A stretch of DNA of 63,939 nucleotides, filler included, from 8 parts of 8 records of this genome joined end to end with filler, not necessarily neighbours in it; one strand, 5' to 3'. Positions 21,915 to 33,542 are shown, counted from the first letter of the whole stretch. Numbers and translations are program-made. The notes: generated from the letters alone by a model not told the origin.

Positions 21915-22385
21915 AAATTGTTTCAGTTTCCGATCCTTTTGTACTTTCTCCGGATCGAACACCCGGCCGCTGATGGCAATGTAGACCCCTTCCGGAAGGA
22001 TCTGCACCGACGCCACCGCGCTACCCAGATTGAATGCTGCATCACTGGATTTGAAGATGGCCGGCTCCATGGCACCGGTGAGGACAATCACTTTTCCTTT
22101 AATCCGGCTCAATACCCCGGCGGTCGCCACCATGGTATCGGTGCCGTGGGTAATGACAATGTGGCGGCTCTCTTCTTCGGCAACCGCATGTTTGACCATT
22201 TCCCGATCCTCATCCGTCATTTCTAAAGAATCTTTCTTGATCAGTGAGACCACTTCATAGTCAAAATTGACTCTTGCCTCTTTGATAATCGTCTCTATAC
22301 CGGGAGGCCCCACTTGATAGGTGCTCAAGGCATCGAAATAGACTTTATCGATGGTGCCGCCGACGGCAAAAAATTTTATTTTCAT
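21900..22385 (-). CDS. Short asparaginase-domain protein
   Basis: GGTIDK, DSL, THGTDTM, LTGA..P and SDA.FNLG; only the N-terminal asparaginase domain is present. Confidence 0.9.
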   Translation of the reverse strand: MKIKFFAVGGTIDKVYFDALSTYQVGPPGIETIIKEARVNFDYEVVSLIKKDSLEMTDEDREMVKHAVAEEESRHIVITHGTDTMVATAGVLSRIKGKVIVLTGAMEPAIFKSSDAAFNLGSAVASVQILPEGVYIAISGRVFDPEKVQKDRKLKQFVDKA

Positions 22386-22862
22386 GGCAATGTTTCCTTT
22401 TGTTTTTGTTGCAACTCCGCCGCTCTTTCATATGCGGTTTTGCAGACATCATACCCGAAGCCTCTGTTTCTCAGATAATTCATCACCTTTTTTTGAACTT
22501 GTCAGGATCATATGGGTGCCATATTCGTACTTTGGGTGCTACGGCACGCCATGCGGACTCGTACTCGTCCAACCCTTCAAGGCAGTCTTGAATAATGGTT
22601 TCGTCAATCCCCTTTTTTTCAGCTCAAAGGAGAGGGCAAACGCCGATTTGGGATTGAACCGTTCCCGCTGCTCGATAAACATGGCGGCAAATTCATGATC
22701 GTTGAGTAGATTTTCCTTTTCAAGTCTCTCAAGGGTATCCAATATGACGCCTTCGTCAAAGCCTTTTTTCTTTAGATGACGATGCATTTCATGGATGCTT
22801 CTTGCCCGGGGAGCCAACAATCGGATGGCGATATGATATGCTTTTGTAAGACTATTCACCAT
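22382..22862 (-). CDS. recX: Regulatory protein RecX, with two apparent frameshifts (~22613-22619 and ~22488-22494)
   Basis: A.RLL..R.RS..E....L..KGF, LLND.EFA and ELKKKGI. One extra A in each A-run gives '...KKKVMNYLRNRGF...' ending in an ATGA overlap with the next gene. Confidence 0.85.
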
Positions 22863-22864
22863 GA

Positions 22865-24013
22865 TTATGCCTCAGCCTCGCATTGAGCGCCGGAACCGGA
22901 ACTGTTCCGTTGAGAGGCAGGGCCTCTTTTGGCTTGTAGGCTCTCTTCTTTCCGCCATCTGATATTCAACCCGGCAAGCTCGGCTTGATCTTGTTTCCTG
23001 ATGATCTGATGGCGTGTCGTTACTCCGGATTTTTGGATAACTTGGGTTTTGGAAAGAATCACATCGCCATAAAGCGACTCCTTTTGAAATTGGACATCGA
23101 TGGTTGAGGGGGTGTATTGAGAAAGGATCTCTTCAGGAACAGTCTCCACAGCCCATTCCACAAAGATGGCATTGTTGACATGCCCGTTGAGATCAAGGTC
23201 ATGCATCCGTACTTTGAAAGGAAGTTGTAAATCGATTCTTTCGGGTATTTTGATTTCCGGGAATTGGTAATGGACTTTGTCCGTCTGAATTGAGGCGTCA
23301 TCAGATGGGTCACATCCACCGTATCCGGCATCGTCCGAATTGGCGTTATCCCCTTCAAAGGGAGTGAAGTCAATGGCTTTGCATTGCGACATTAATTCCG
23401 AATGGGATAATTGTCGGCACATGTCATCCGACATAAACTTACTTAAACGGACAGGCCTTCCGTTTTTTCGACTGACCATCACCCAACACACCTTTGCCTG
23501 AACAAAAGGTAATCGTGGCGTATCAAGCCTGTCTGTTCCAATTGAATAGGCGTCGGTCGCCTGGAAATGAGTCTGACTTGTAATTCTGCCGGAAGTCGTG
23601 TCGTGAGCTTGAATTGGAGGGGAGACAGAACGTTCTTTGTCCAGACATATAGACAAATTTCTTAGGTCATAGAGCTGTTTGTGGGGAAATCGGAACGTCT
23701 TGATGGCGATGGGAGCTTGCCAGTAAGGGCGTCCATCGATCTGAAGATGATATCGGTGAATCACCCATCCCAGATCTTTCATGGCTAAATCAAACCCGGA
23801 CGCCCCGATTATTGAGGCATGTTCGGATGCGGCATTTTGAAGAAAATTCATGATGGCGACGATTTTCAAGTTGCCCTTGTAATCGATGTCCGAGTAGCCC
23901 ACAGTGGCTTTTTTTTCATAAAACACGGCGGTGGCTTTTGCCGCATCGGCATTGATATTCGAGGGATTCACGGGTGTATTTTTTGTGGGGTGGGGGGGAT
24001 CAGTGAGGGGCAT
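22865..24013 (-). CDS. Acyl-ACP thioesterase (FatA/B-like) with insertions
   Basis: YSDID, LQ.AA.EH, WVI, WVMV....RPVRL and DLDLNGHVNNA....W..E.VP. Confidence 0.85.
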   Translation of the reverse strand: MPLTDPPHPTKNTPVNPSNINADAAKATAVFYEKKATVGYSDIDYKGNLKIVAIMNFLQNAASEHASIIGASGFDLAMKDLGWVIHRYHLQIDGRPYWQAPIAIKTFRFPHKQLYDLRNLSICLDKERSVSPPIQAHDTTSGRITSQTHFQATDAYSIGTDRLDTPRLPFVQAKVCWVMVSRKNGRPVRLSKFMSDDMCRQLSHSELMSQCKAIDFTPFEGDNANSDDAGYGGCDPSDDASIQTDKVHYQFPEIKIPERIDLQLPFKVRMHDLDLNGHVNNAIFVEWAVETVPEEILSQYTPSTIDVQFQKESLYGDVILSKTQVIQKSGVTTRHQIIRKQDQAELAGLNIRWRKEESLQAKRGPASQRNSSGSGAQCEAEA

Positions 24014-24332
24014 TGAAATCCTCCAATGTTAATACTTTAATTGCATGGTACGCCGGTGTTTCATAGGGGTGGGCCGTAACCAGGGCATTGAGCACCGCTA
24101 TGATATGATCGTTACTGCAAACCATTTCCACTTTTAGCTCAGCAACACGTTCAACTGTGTCTTGAGACCCCAAAAATGGAGAACTTCCTTCCAATGGTCG
24201 AAACTGACCATGTCCTTTGGTTTCCCAGCTACAGGCGTCATATTGTCCGATTCTGCCTGCTCCGGCATCGAACATGGCGGCTTTTACAATATTGATATGG
24301 GTATCAGGGACGTAAAATGAAATGAGATACAT
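24000..24332 (-). CDS. YqfO / NIF3-like small protein
   Basis: FYVP, F.AGAG.IG.YD.CSW...G.GQFRPL.GS.PF.G and AHPYETPAY. Confidence 0.88.
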   Translation of the reverse strand: MYLISFYVPDTHINIVKAAMFDAGAGRIGQYDACSWETKGHGQFRPLEGSSPFLGSQDTVERVAELKVEMVCSNDHIIAVLNALVTAHPYETPAYHAIKVLTLEDFNAPH

Positions 24333-24367
24333 GGGAGCTCCTCATCTGATTTAGTATAGGATTCTTT

Positions 24368-24492
24368 AACACGACAGCGACACTGTCATCGATACCACGT
24401 ATTTGAAACCACTTTAGGGAATAAATGGTGAAAGCTTTAGAGATTTAATTCACTATTTTTCACGTAAAAGCACGCAGTGTCGCTATCGTGTT
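24368..24492. repeat. 125-bp intergenic element with 18-bp terminal inverted repeats (MITE-like or structured RNA)
   Basis: AACACGACAGCGACACTG (24368-24385) and CAGTGTCGCTATCGTGTT (24475-24492) are complementary at 17/18 positions; there is an inner imperfect IR AAATGGTGAA...TTCACTATTT. Confidence 0.7.
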
Positions 24493-24507
24493 CATCGTTA
24501 TTTTTCA

Positions 24508-27500
24508 TTATTTGTCGGAATCACCGGGCATTGCTTCCTTCTGAATGGGAGCATCGAGAGGTAAGCTTTTGATGATCTCAAAGGGGGCCGTTAAAATACT
24601 CTCCATCGCGTTGATCAATCCATGTCCCACATCCGAAGGATGGAGAATCATCAGTTTCGGATCGTGAATCGGCCCCCATGCTTTGATAGGGATGGAGATC
24701 AGTCGATTGTTGAGCATTTTTCCTAAAATCGGAATATGCTTGATAATGCTGTCCGCCGTTTTGAAAGGGGCCACTAGGCAGGTCAGTTCCATGGTTTTAT
24801 CGAACGGATCAATCCATCCCATAAAAATGAGGGTCATGTCAAGGCCGTTGATCACCGCCTTTTTGAGAAAAATTTTCCGCTCTTTCACATCTGCCTCTAT
24901 CTGCAGGGTGTCATAGGCAAAGCCGTGTTGTTCCAGGTCCGGAAGATGACCAGCCATCAATTTGGATACATTGATGAGAGAAAGCAGTCTCGATAGAAGC
25001 GTCAATCTGAATATCCGCCCATTTTCGGATGTGATACCGAGGGTGCCTTCCAGATTGTCTTTGAGGGGGACAGCCGCAGTTTCAGGAGTTAGCGGCAGCG
25101 TTGTTTTCGTCTTCAGCAATGTCGTCATGCTGCATTTTCCCTGCATCAACCGCTCGCCTTGATAAAAACATGAGATGATCGGCTCGATATCCCGATTATT
25201 TTCAATCAAGGCCAACGAGATATCCAGATGATCGGGATGAACAACAAGTTCAGCTGAGGGATTTAGTCGGCATTGCCTCATCTCATCGATGGTGATGATT
25301 GGGGGGCCATCCGTGCCGTCTTCTTTCGTGCCGTTGAAGTTGATATGCGCTTTGAATGGGGACAGTGTCATGGAATTTAACGTGAAGGTATTCGTCTCAA
25401 GGGTTAGTGTCGGTGGGGTAGGAAGTTGTGCCGTTTCGATTTGAGGCGAAACGGCTCCATCTTTACTGTTTTTGTTGTTAAGAGCTTTGCCCGATTGCTC
25501 CATAAAATCAAGAATGAATGTTAAATCCAACGCATCGGTTTTTATAAGATAAGAGGGTGCTTTTGAGGGGACAGGGGCTGATTCAATGGTAAAGCGTTTT
25601 TCCTGTAACAGTGATTTTATATTCTTTAATAACGGTGACGTCGGCTTTAGCAGATGGTTGAAAACATTTGTATCGAATCGTCCATTAAGGGAGATTCGAT
25701 ATATAATCGGACCCGGAGCGGTTTTGTAATGGAGGTGAGCCGTCTCAATGCCTGTGATATCTTTAATTCCTTTACTTTTCTTGACGGTGGTGAGTCCAGT
25801 ACTCTCATGTTTCATTGGGCGGTCATTGGGGGGGGGATTATCGATATGATCTTCGGTATCAATCTTCCGACTAACCGGGCTGATAGTGGTGGGGATGTCT
25901 ATTTTTACTGAAAAATCGGATGGTTGACCAGTCAGGCGCAATTGAAGCGATTCCCCGAAGTCAACCATTGCATCGAAGTGTTTTTCTTTTGACTCTCTCC
26001 CTTTTTGTATCGCCTTGTTCCAATACACTTCGCCGTCAGTGAGAGTGAAAGGGAGTTTAATTTCATTGATCGGTGTGTTGGGAAATAGAAAATGAAGTAA
26101 TCGCGTTTGGTTGATGACTGCCTGGGTATTGTAAAAATGGTATTTCTCATGGCTCTCGGATCGAATTAAAGAAAAATCCAGCGTAATCCCGGAGAGTTGT
26201 TTTTCCAAGGGAGAAAAGCCTGTTATAGATGAATCAAGAATAACGCCGTTTAAGTTGAAATGCCAACTTTCGGGATCAGAGGGAAATCCAATAAATTGAG
26301 GCGAGGATAACACGATCGCGCCTTGGGCCTGGGTGTGGGGGGCATGGAGAACTTTTTCAATGAATGAAGATGAGCTTTGATGATGTTGTGAGTCATGCGT
26401 TGCAGGAAGTGATGCCTTGCTTTTTCGATCAAATGGCAAGTTTCCACCGACAATGTATGAGAAAAGATCCCGAATCTTTATGTGCAGCTTGTCTGCTTGA
26501 AATGACAGTGGCGCTATGAGTGTATTGGTGTCATCGGAAAGATCATAGGCAACGGACGCCGTCAGTGTGGAGAATTTCGACTGGCCCAATTGGCCGTTGG
26601 CTTCTTTCAGATCCATAAATTGAATCGCGCCGGCTCCAAAAGCGTCTCCCGATTGTCCGGGGCCCCCGAGGTTTCCGGGAGATGGGAGTATTGAAGGGGA
26701 GCTATTTGGGGGAAGTTCGGAGTACGCTGTGGTTGGATGGAGTGCTTTGGGTTGACTCGATTTTAATCGATTGGAACGTGGGGTGTCCTTCTTTGCCCAA
26801 GGAAGGAATTGACTGTTCCGATATTGGAATGAGCCTTTTTTTATGGATAGCGGTGCCGGAAGCCCGGTCCCCTGACATTCAAGTGCTATGTCATGTGCAT
26901 TGACATGAATTGCAGGCGCTCTGTTTCGGTCTCCATTGATCATTAATGTTCCCGTTGCTTTTCCCTTGACCTTTTTGATTTTCCTGAGGCCTTCAACGAT
27001 TCCCCGATGGGAAATCAGACGTCGTAACACTTTGTGGAGTCGGGCAAGATCTGTGGACAGATCGAAAATACCTTCATAGGGATGTTGAAGATCAATGATC
27101 CCCACTGAAATTCCACCATGCTGGATGGTTGCTTGCTCAACAAGACCGGCTTCGACAATCCCTTTGAGAATTCCGTTTTCAACAACGACATCCCCTAGTA
27201 CCTTTCCGGCCACAAGATCGGTTCCCGGTATGGCCACTGTTCCGTTGAGCAGATGCCCTTCAATGTGCATGGTTTCCGGATTGAATAGATAAAATAGATA
27301 GTCTTCAATTTTGTTACCGGAAGATAATTTCTGATGGTTGGTATGATGGGGCGTTTGAGTCTTCTCTAAAATGGTTTGGCCGGCAGAAGTGGTTTTTGAG
27401 CCTTTTAAATTTCGGGTTTTCAGGTCCATGGGATGGGGACTGAAACGAACGGAAACCGTCTCCGCAAATCCTGCTCTCAATATATCAAATAGATTCTGAC

Positions 27501-28725
27501 AAATTGAGCTTTTGGGTAAAATGTCTTTGAAGGCAATGGCATTTTTTTCGATATCGATTCCTGATCCGGAAAAGGTCAAATCGGAGGTATTTTGATCAAA
27601 TTGATACGCCATGGAAAGTGAATAGGGGATCTTTGTAGATGGGGTATCCGGAGCGGCAGGCGGCTTTGATGAACGACAATGGATCTTCGTACTGCATTGT
27701 TGAATGGACCCATGGGGAGCTCTTATGGAAACGGTTGCCTGAAGATGATCCATGCCCAAATTGGTTGTTGCTCGTGTTTTCGGCCCTCCCCCGTCGAGGG
27801 AGGGAGAATGGTATATCCCATTGATGGATTTGCAAGGGAAAGTTCCACTTTCGACTCAAAACCGAACGGTACTGTTTGTGACGACGGTGTTCGGTCAAAT
27901 GACATGACAGGGGGTAACTTGGATTGAGATCGCCATTTGGATTGGGGGCGTTGATGTGATTTCGGATTCCAATGGGTCATGTAAGTCATGTGGGGCATGA
28001 GATTTCTGAAGAAATGGGTGCAAAGACAAAGAAAACGTTGCTTGGATTTGATGTGATGAGAATGAGCAAATTGTCACATGATCATGAAGCGATAGGCTCT
28101 CTAAATGCAAATTATTGAATGACATTTCTCCTGATAATTGTGATGTTGCTTCTGATGCTGTTGCAGATGTTGTTTCTGACGAAATTGACGGAGATAGAAA
28201 CAGTTTGGCGAATCCATTGTCAAACCAGGGGGTTTTTAAGTTTGATATGTAGATATGGAGCCCTTCTTCATGGGCATACCGGGTTGGATTTAGATTTTTG
28301 ATGAACGTATTGAGCGATTGGAAGTCAAAGGGGGAACGTGGATTAGAAGAGGTCGGCTTTTGAAAAGACGATGTCTTTTGGGTGGAGTCGGAAAGTACAA
28401 CGGTTACCTCTTTCAGATAAATCGCTTGGAGCACGCTTTTCTGATGAAAAAGATCAATGGGCGACAAGTCGACCCGAAGCTGACCGATACGGCTGGTTGC
28501 TAACATCCCTTCGGTCACTTCGATGTCGGAGAGAATAAAACCGGGAGTTGGAAGTAGGGTAAATCGGATTTTCTGAGGGGAGAGGCCCTGGATGATCTCT
28601 GTGGAGATCCATCCGGACAGCAGCCGCTGAACAGGGCTGCTGTCCATGATGACGGGAAAAGAGAAAAGGACAATTCCCAACCAAATGAATGTGAGAGATG
28701 CCCATTTTATACATCGTTTGAACAT
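24508..28725 (-). CDS. Large AsmA-like (YhdP/TamB-type) envelope protein of ~1400 aa, with two apparent frameshifts (~27910-27914 and ~27777-27780)
   Basis: N-terminal TM with AsmA-like LLPTPG..L; C-terminal AsmA-like region (GF.Y..L, G.ID......L..LVAP.KT.D.I...IPILG, G...DP). Three ORFs join with single-base additions in homopolymers. Confidence 0.78.
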
Positions 28726-28774
28726 GTCGGAATAGGGTCCTAACGATGGGGCGTGGGATGAAATTGTCTGCCGT

Positions 28775-31078
28775 CTACCAACGGTACAACTGTTTCTCGG
28801 AGAGTGTGATAAAGTCCGCCATCATCTCCTGGGCTTCTTTCAACAGGATATCATCTTTATTTTTGGCCTTCTCGGTACCATTCACGTTCTCGTTTTTATT
28901 TTCCGCATTGTCATTTTCATTATTCGTAGAGTCGGCATTTTCAGCTTTTAAATTGTCTTCTGTAAATGCGTCATTATTTCCTTCTGTTGCGGGAAGCACC
29001 TTCGATTTACCTCCATTCTTCGTTTCATTTTCATTTCCATTTTCGATTTTCGAAGATGGATGAAGATCCTCATAGGACTTATACGGCTCAAGCTCTCTGG
29101 CCAATCGTAAGCGGTTTTCAATATCGAGTTCCAACCGGTTCATACGTTTTTTGTGCTCTTTCCGTTTTGTTAGACTTAGGGGAAGTGTTTTGACATCATA
29201 GAGTTCTTGAGTGAGGTGATACCGCTCTTTCAAGTAAGTGAAATCCGCCTGATTCTCCACCCGTTTCAGGTGGGATTCCCGGAGATGGGTGATCAGTGGG
29301 ATCAAGCTTTTATACGGCGTGTACTTGGCTTTGACGGAGCTGTCCCAAGGAAGCGCCCCTTCCAAAGAGCTCTCGCCGGCCTCTTTGGCATTATAGATAG
29401 GGGGGAATTCAATGTCCGGGATGACCCCCATATTCTGGGTACTTTCACCGGATACCCTGTAAAATTTCGCGGTGGTGAGTTTCAGTTGTCCATCTTCAAT
29501 GGGTTGGAGGGCCTGGACCGTTCCTTTTCCAAATGTCCGTGTACCCACAATGATTCCCCGATGATAATCTTTTATGGCTCCGGCAAAGATCTCGGATGCC
29601 GAGGCACTCATTCGATTGATCATCACCATGAGCGGGCCTCTATAGGCGATGGATTCATCCGGATCTTCCAGGCGGGAGATGTAGCCGTTTCTGGCTCTGA
29701 TCTGAACGGTGGGACCCGACTTGATGAAGAGGCCGGTGAGCTGATTTACCTCCTGCAGCGATCCGCCGCCGTTGTCTCGTAAATCAATGATCAGTCCGTC
29801 GATATGTTCCTGCTTTAGTTCTTTTAGAAGTTTTTGGATATCCCTGGTGGTGCTTCGGTAATCATCGGTACCTTGCTGCATTCCTTTGAAATCCAAATAG
29901 AATGTGGGGATGGTGATCACCCCGATCCTCAGCTTTCGTCCACCCCGATCGATTGTCGTGACCGCCTTTGAGGCGGCCTGCTCTTCCAGTTTCACTTTGT
30001 CCCGTCGGATGGTGATGGTACGAGCATTTTGTACCCCTTTTTGAGCTGCAGGGATGATCTTTAAACGAACCAGAGTATCTTTGGGGCCACGGATGAGTTT
30101 GACCACTTCGTCGATACGCCATCCAACGGTGTCTTCGATCGGCCCCTGTTTTTCCTGTCCCACTCCGATGATCTTGTCTCCGGGCATGAGAAGTCCTGAT
30201 TTATCCGCCGGACCTGCCGGAATGAGACTGACCACTTTGGTAAACTCATACTCACTTTGAAGTACCGCACCGATTCCCTCCAGCGAGAGGCTCATCTGAA
30301 TGTCGAAATCCTCGGACATACGCGGAGGAAAAAATTGCGTATGGGGATCGAAACTCATGGCAACGGCATTGATGTAGGTTTTGAATGTGTCTGCCTCATC
30401 GGTTTGAAGAAGGCGGTTGAGTCTGCTTTTGTATCGTTTGGTGAGCCTGGTGGTGATCTCCTCAGGGGGCTCTTCATCCATCAGCATCACCAGGATGGCA
30501 TTTTTCAGGCTTTTATCCCACAACGCCTCCAGCTCCCGTTCGTCTTTGGGCCATGGGGTCTCCTTACGGTCCAAACTGATCTCATCATTCAGGGTAAAAT
30601 CAAAATGGGTCTCCCACTTCTCAAGACGGGTGATGATATGGGTGAGACGCTGAAAAGAACGCTGCAGATAGATGTTGAATATGGCATATCCTGGTGTGAG
30701 CTCCCCTTTTTTTAGCGTGTTGTCGAGCCAGAGACGAAGTTTTTCAAACTCTTCGATTTCCGATTGAATAAAAAGGGTTCTGCCGGGATCTAAAATATCC
30801 AAGTACCGGTCCAAAATTTTGGAGGAGAGGCGATCATCGAATCTGAGATCGGAATAGTGATACCGCTCCAGAGCACGGGCAATGCTTTTGCAAAGATGGG
30901 CATCTTTTTTGGTGAAGGTCATCTCCTTGAGGCTGTCGAGCTTGGGGAGCTGATCTTCAAATGAGAAGGCAGGGGTCGCATTTGCCGATGTTTGGAAGCT
31001 GAAAATACTAAATAACAGGGGGAGTGTGATAATGCAATTAAGAAACAGTGACGATTTGAATGAGGTATTTATTTTCAT
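28775..31078 (-). CDS. prc: Carboxy-terminal processing (tail-specific) protease, S41 family
   Basis: DPHT, SLEGIGA.L, PDZ (VKLIRGPK), DLRDNGGGSL, SASASEIFAGA and GKGTVQ. An alternative start lies at 31180. Confidence 0.93.
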   Translation of the reverse strand: MKINTSFKSSLFLNCIITLPLLFSIFSFQTSANATPAFSFEDQLPKLDSLKEMTFTKKDAHLCKSIARALERYHYSDLRFDDRLSSKILDRYLDILDPGRTLFIQSEIEEFEKLRLWLDNTLKKGELTPGYAIFNIYLQRSFQRLTHIITRLEKWETHFDFTLNDEISLDRKETPWPKDERELEALWDKSLKNAILVMLMDEEPPEEITTRLTKRYKSRLNRLLQTDEADTFKTYINAVAMSFDPHTQFFPPRMSEDFDIQMSLSLEGIGAVLQSEYEFTKVVSLIPAGPADKSGLLMPGDKIIGVGQEKQGPIEDTVGWRIDEVVKLIRGPKDTLVRLKIIPAAQKGVQNARTITIRRDKVKLEEQAASKAVTTIDRGGRKLRIGVITIPTFYLDFKGMQQGTDDYRSTTRDIQKLLKELKQEHIDGLIIDLRDNGGGSLQEVNQLTGLFIKSGPTVQIRARNGYISRLEDPDESIAYRGPLMVMINRMSASASEIFAGAIKDYHRGIIVGTRTFGKGTVQALQPIEDGQLKLTTAKFYRVSGESTQNMGVIPDIEFPPIYNAKEAGESSLEGALPWDSSVKAKYTPYKSLIPLITHLRESHLKRVENQADFTYLKERYHLTQELYDVKTLPLSLTKRKEHKKRMNRLELDIENRLRLARELEPYKSYEDLHPSSKIENGNENETKNGGKSKVLPATEGNNDAFTEDNLKAENADSTNNENDNAENKNENVNGTEKAKNKDDILLKEAQEMMADFITLSEKQLYRW

Positions 31079-31195
31079 TGGTTTTGTCGGTTCACTCCAT
31101 TTTGGAAATTCATATGAAAACTTATGTTTTTTACAGTTTCCTAAGACTTTCATATTTCGTTGCACCAGGGGGGCTGACATGTCCCTATTGAAGGG

Positions 31196-32119
31196 TCATG
31201 AGGGATCCTTTTTCGATTCTGACGTACTTGTATCCGATGGGGCTGATTGGGTGGTGGTGAGTAGCGCCTCTTTCTCTGCCTCGGCATCCTCCGGCGTTTC
31301 AAAGGTGATGGGTCCCAATTTCCCCGAGCGAAGTTCCCGAATCAACAGCTCCGAAGCTTTTTGGTAATCGATGATACCTCCCTTCTTAAGGCAACCACGT
31401 TTTTTCCCAATCTCTTCTAAAATGGTAAGCGATGTTACCTCTGAACTGCTCATAAGGGAGAGAGGGATGCCATATCGGTCATGGAGACGCGGAAGATATC
31501 TTTTCATTAAAAAAGAGAGGGTAAAAACTGCGATGTCTCCGTAGTCTATGGCCGTGTCGGAGATGGCACCACTGGCAGCAAGGCGATATGCCCCTTTTTC
31601 ATTTTCTATCATGGGCCATAAAATTCCGGGGGTATCGTAGATATCCACCTTATTTTTCAGGCTGGTACGCTGTTGATGGCGGGTAATGGCCGGAGTATTT
31701 CCGGTTTTGGCAATTTTTTTACCGGCAAGAGAGTTGATAATGGTTGATTTCCCGGTATTGGGGATCCCGGCCACCATCACACGAATTCGTCTGGCCTTGC
31801 CTTTTTTCACTTCAAAAAGCGCGGATTCTGCTGCCCGCCAGGTATCTGAAGCGTCGGTCCCGATTACCGGAATGCTCCTTTGATCTTGTTCCTTGAAGTG
31901 GGCCTGCCACAAACGGGTAATTTGGGGATCGGCAAGATCCTTTTTATTCAAAATTTTGATCCGCAATACTTCCTTGCATATTTTATCAAGAAGCGGATTG
32001 GCACTGGACGCCGGTAATCTCGAGTCAAGGACTTCCATCAGCACATCAACACTGGAGATCGCCTGTTTCAGGAACTTTTCGGTCTCCAACATATGTCCGG
32101 GGAACCACTGTATTGTCAT
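31196..32119 (-). CDS. rbgA: Ribosome biogenesis GTPase RbgA/YlqF
   Basis: IQWFPGHM, NKKDLAD, GIPNTGKST and DTPGILWP (circularly permuted GTPase). Confidence 0.95.
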   Translation of the reverse strand: MTIQWFPGHMLETEKFLKQAISSVDVLMEVLDSRLPASSANPLLDKICKEVLRIKILNKKDLADPQITRLWQAHFKEQDQRSIPVIGTDASDTWRAAESALFEVKKGKARRIRVMVAGIPNTGKSTIINSLAGKKIAKTGNTPAITRHQQRTSLKNKVDIYDTPGILWPMIENEKGAYRLAASGAISDTAIDYGDIAVFTLSFLMKRYLPRLHDRYGIPLSLMSSSEVTSLTILEEIGKKRGCLKKGGIIDYQKASELLIRELRSGKLGPITFETPEDAEAEKEALLTTTQSAPSDTSTSESKKDPS

Positions 32120-32193
32120 CTGTCTGTCTTCATTCTATTACGATGATTGCCTACTGTGATGCCGTGGGTAAGCATATTGGGCGCCATCTTTGG

Positions 32194-32739
32194 TTATTGT
32201 TGTTGTCTTTTTTTAAGCTTTTCAAGCGCTTTTTCAAGTTTTCTAATTTGTCGCTGTTTTTTGTCGGTGATCATCCACCACGGCTTCAATGACGCGGTGG
32301 ACTGGTCGGTGTGTTGAGTGATTTGTTCTTCATGGGGATCATGTATGTCATGGGGTGATGAAAAATTTGAGTTAGACGGTGTTTTTTTTACCGGTCTTTT
32401 TAAAGGTGCATTCAGCTCGTTTTCAGGCTCGTTTACAGCGCCGTTCAATAAAAGTGTTTTTTCAGCACTTCGCCCCACAAGCCCGACACTCTCATTGGAT
32501 ATATCGTCTTCTTCGGTGTGGATGTATGAGCGGGATGAAAAATAAGAATAGATGAAAAAGAGAGCACCGGCAGCACTTCCCAAAAATCCTCCCAGCAAAA
32601 ATGAGAATGTTCGTTCAACCGGGGTTTGAAGATAAAACCAACCATAGCAGCCACCGGTAATGATCCCGACAACAAAAAGTATTGAAGATATAATATACAT
32701 GGCCGATTTAGTAGCACAGCCGGGGAAAAGTATAAACAA
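32194..32739 (-). CDS. Hypothetical membrane protein (2 TM helices and a disordered tail)
   Basis: Two hydrophobic Gly-rich segments and a basic helical C-terminus; the start may be the ATG at 32700. Confidence 0.55.
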   Translation of the reverse strand: MFILFPGCATKSAMYIISSILFVVGIITGGCYGWFYLQTPVERTFSFLLGGFLGSAAGALFFIYSYFSSRSYIHTEEDDISNESVGLVGRSAEKTLLLNGAVNEPENELNAPLKRPVKKTPSNSNFSSPHDIHDPHEEQITQHTDQSTASLKPWWMITDKKQRQIRKLEKALEKLKKRQQQ

Positions 32740-32921
32740 TAAAAATTGGTTTGGGTTTTGGGATGGGGAAAGAAAATGGGGAGAGGCTGTAACGGAAAGG
32801 TTATCCCATCTATCAGGAGCAATACCCTTTCAACGAACAAATTTGAGAGGAGGGATTAAGTAAAAAATTTCAACCGTTAAGAAAAAGAGACCCTGATGAA
32901 AAGGGAATTCTGACGGGAATC

Positions 32922-32962
32922 AAAAAAGGCATTTGATATCAATTTACCAAATGCCTTAAAAA
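32922..32962. terminator. Intrinsic terminator downstream of the csp gene
   Basis: A-run, AAGGCATTTG-loop-CAAATGCCTT, A-run; gives a U-tract on the minus strand. Confidence 0.7.
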
Positions 32963-32995
32963 CAAGTGTTCTATATGTCAGAAGGTGTTGTTGAC

Positions 32996-33196
32996 TTATT
33001 GAACAGTTACATCTACAGCTGCAGGACCTTTCTGGCCTTCAGTGATCTCGAATGTGACTCTGTCGCCTTCATTCAGAGATTTGAAACCGGATCCGTTGAT
33101 GCCGGTGTGATGAACGAATACATCAGGACCATTCTGCTGCTCAATAAAACCAAAACCTTTAGAATCATTAAACCATTTTACAATGCCTTCTGCCAT
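32996..33196 (-). CDS. csp: Cold-shock protein (CspA family), 66 aa
   Basis: [20 protein letters not shown] and KGPAA; AAGGAG RBS before the ATG at 33196. Confidence 0.97.
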   Translation of the reverse strand: MAEGIVKWFNDSKGFGFIEQQNGPDVFVHHTGINGSGFKSLNEGDRVTFEITEGQKGPAAVDVTVQ

Positions 33197-33506
33197 GTGG
33201 ACAATCTCCTTAAAATAAAAAATAAAAAATAGTTCCAAACTCAAGGATCTTGCCACTTGGTCAAAATGGTTTTTCCTGTAGAGCGAAACTGCAAAAACTC
33301 AAGTTTCTAAATTATAAAAAAAGTATTATTTATTAGACTTGATTGGGAATGACTTTAACGTTTTTAACTCAAATAAGCAAGTTTTTTTTTATAAAGCCTT
33401 AAAATATTACTTTTTATAATAAATTTTCGGTATTTTTAGTGATTGAGATGGGCGATGAATGTAACAGAGGTTCATGGCGATGGACACATCGGGATGGGGA
33501 TTCCTG

Positions 33507-33536
33507 TTGACAAAAAATTGATGTGGAAATTATGAT
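33507..33536 (+). promoter_or_regulatory. Sigma70 promoter candidate immediately before the start codon
   Basis: TTGACA-N18-TATGAT, ending 6 nt before the ATG at 33543. Confidence 0.5.
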
Positions 33537-33542
33537 AACGGC

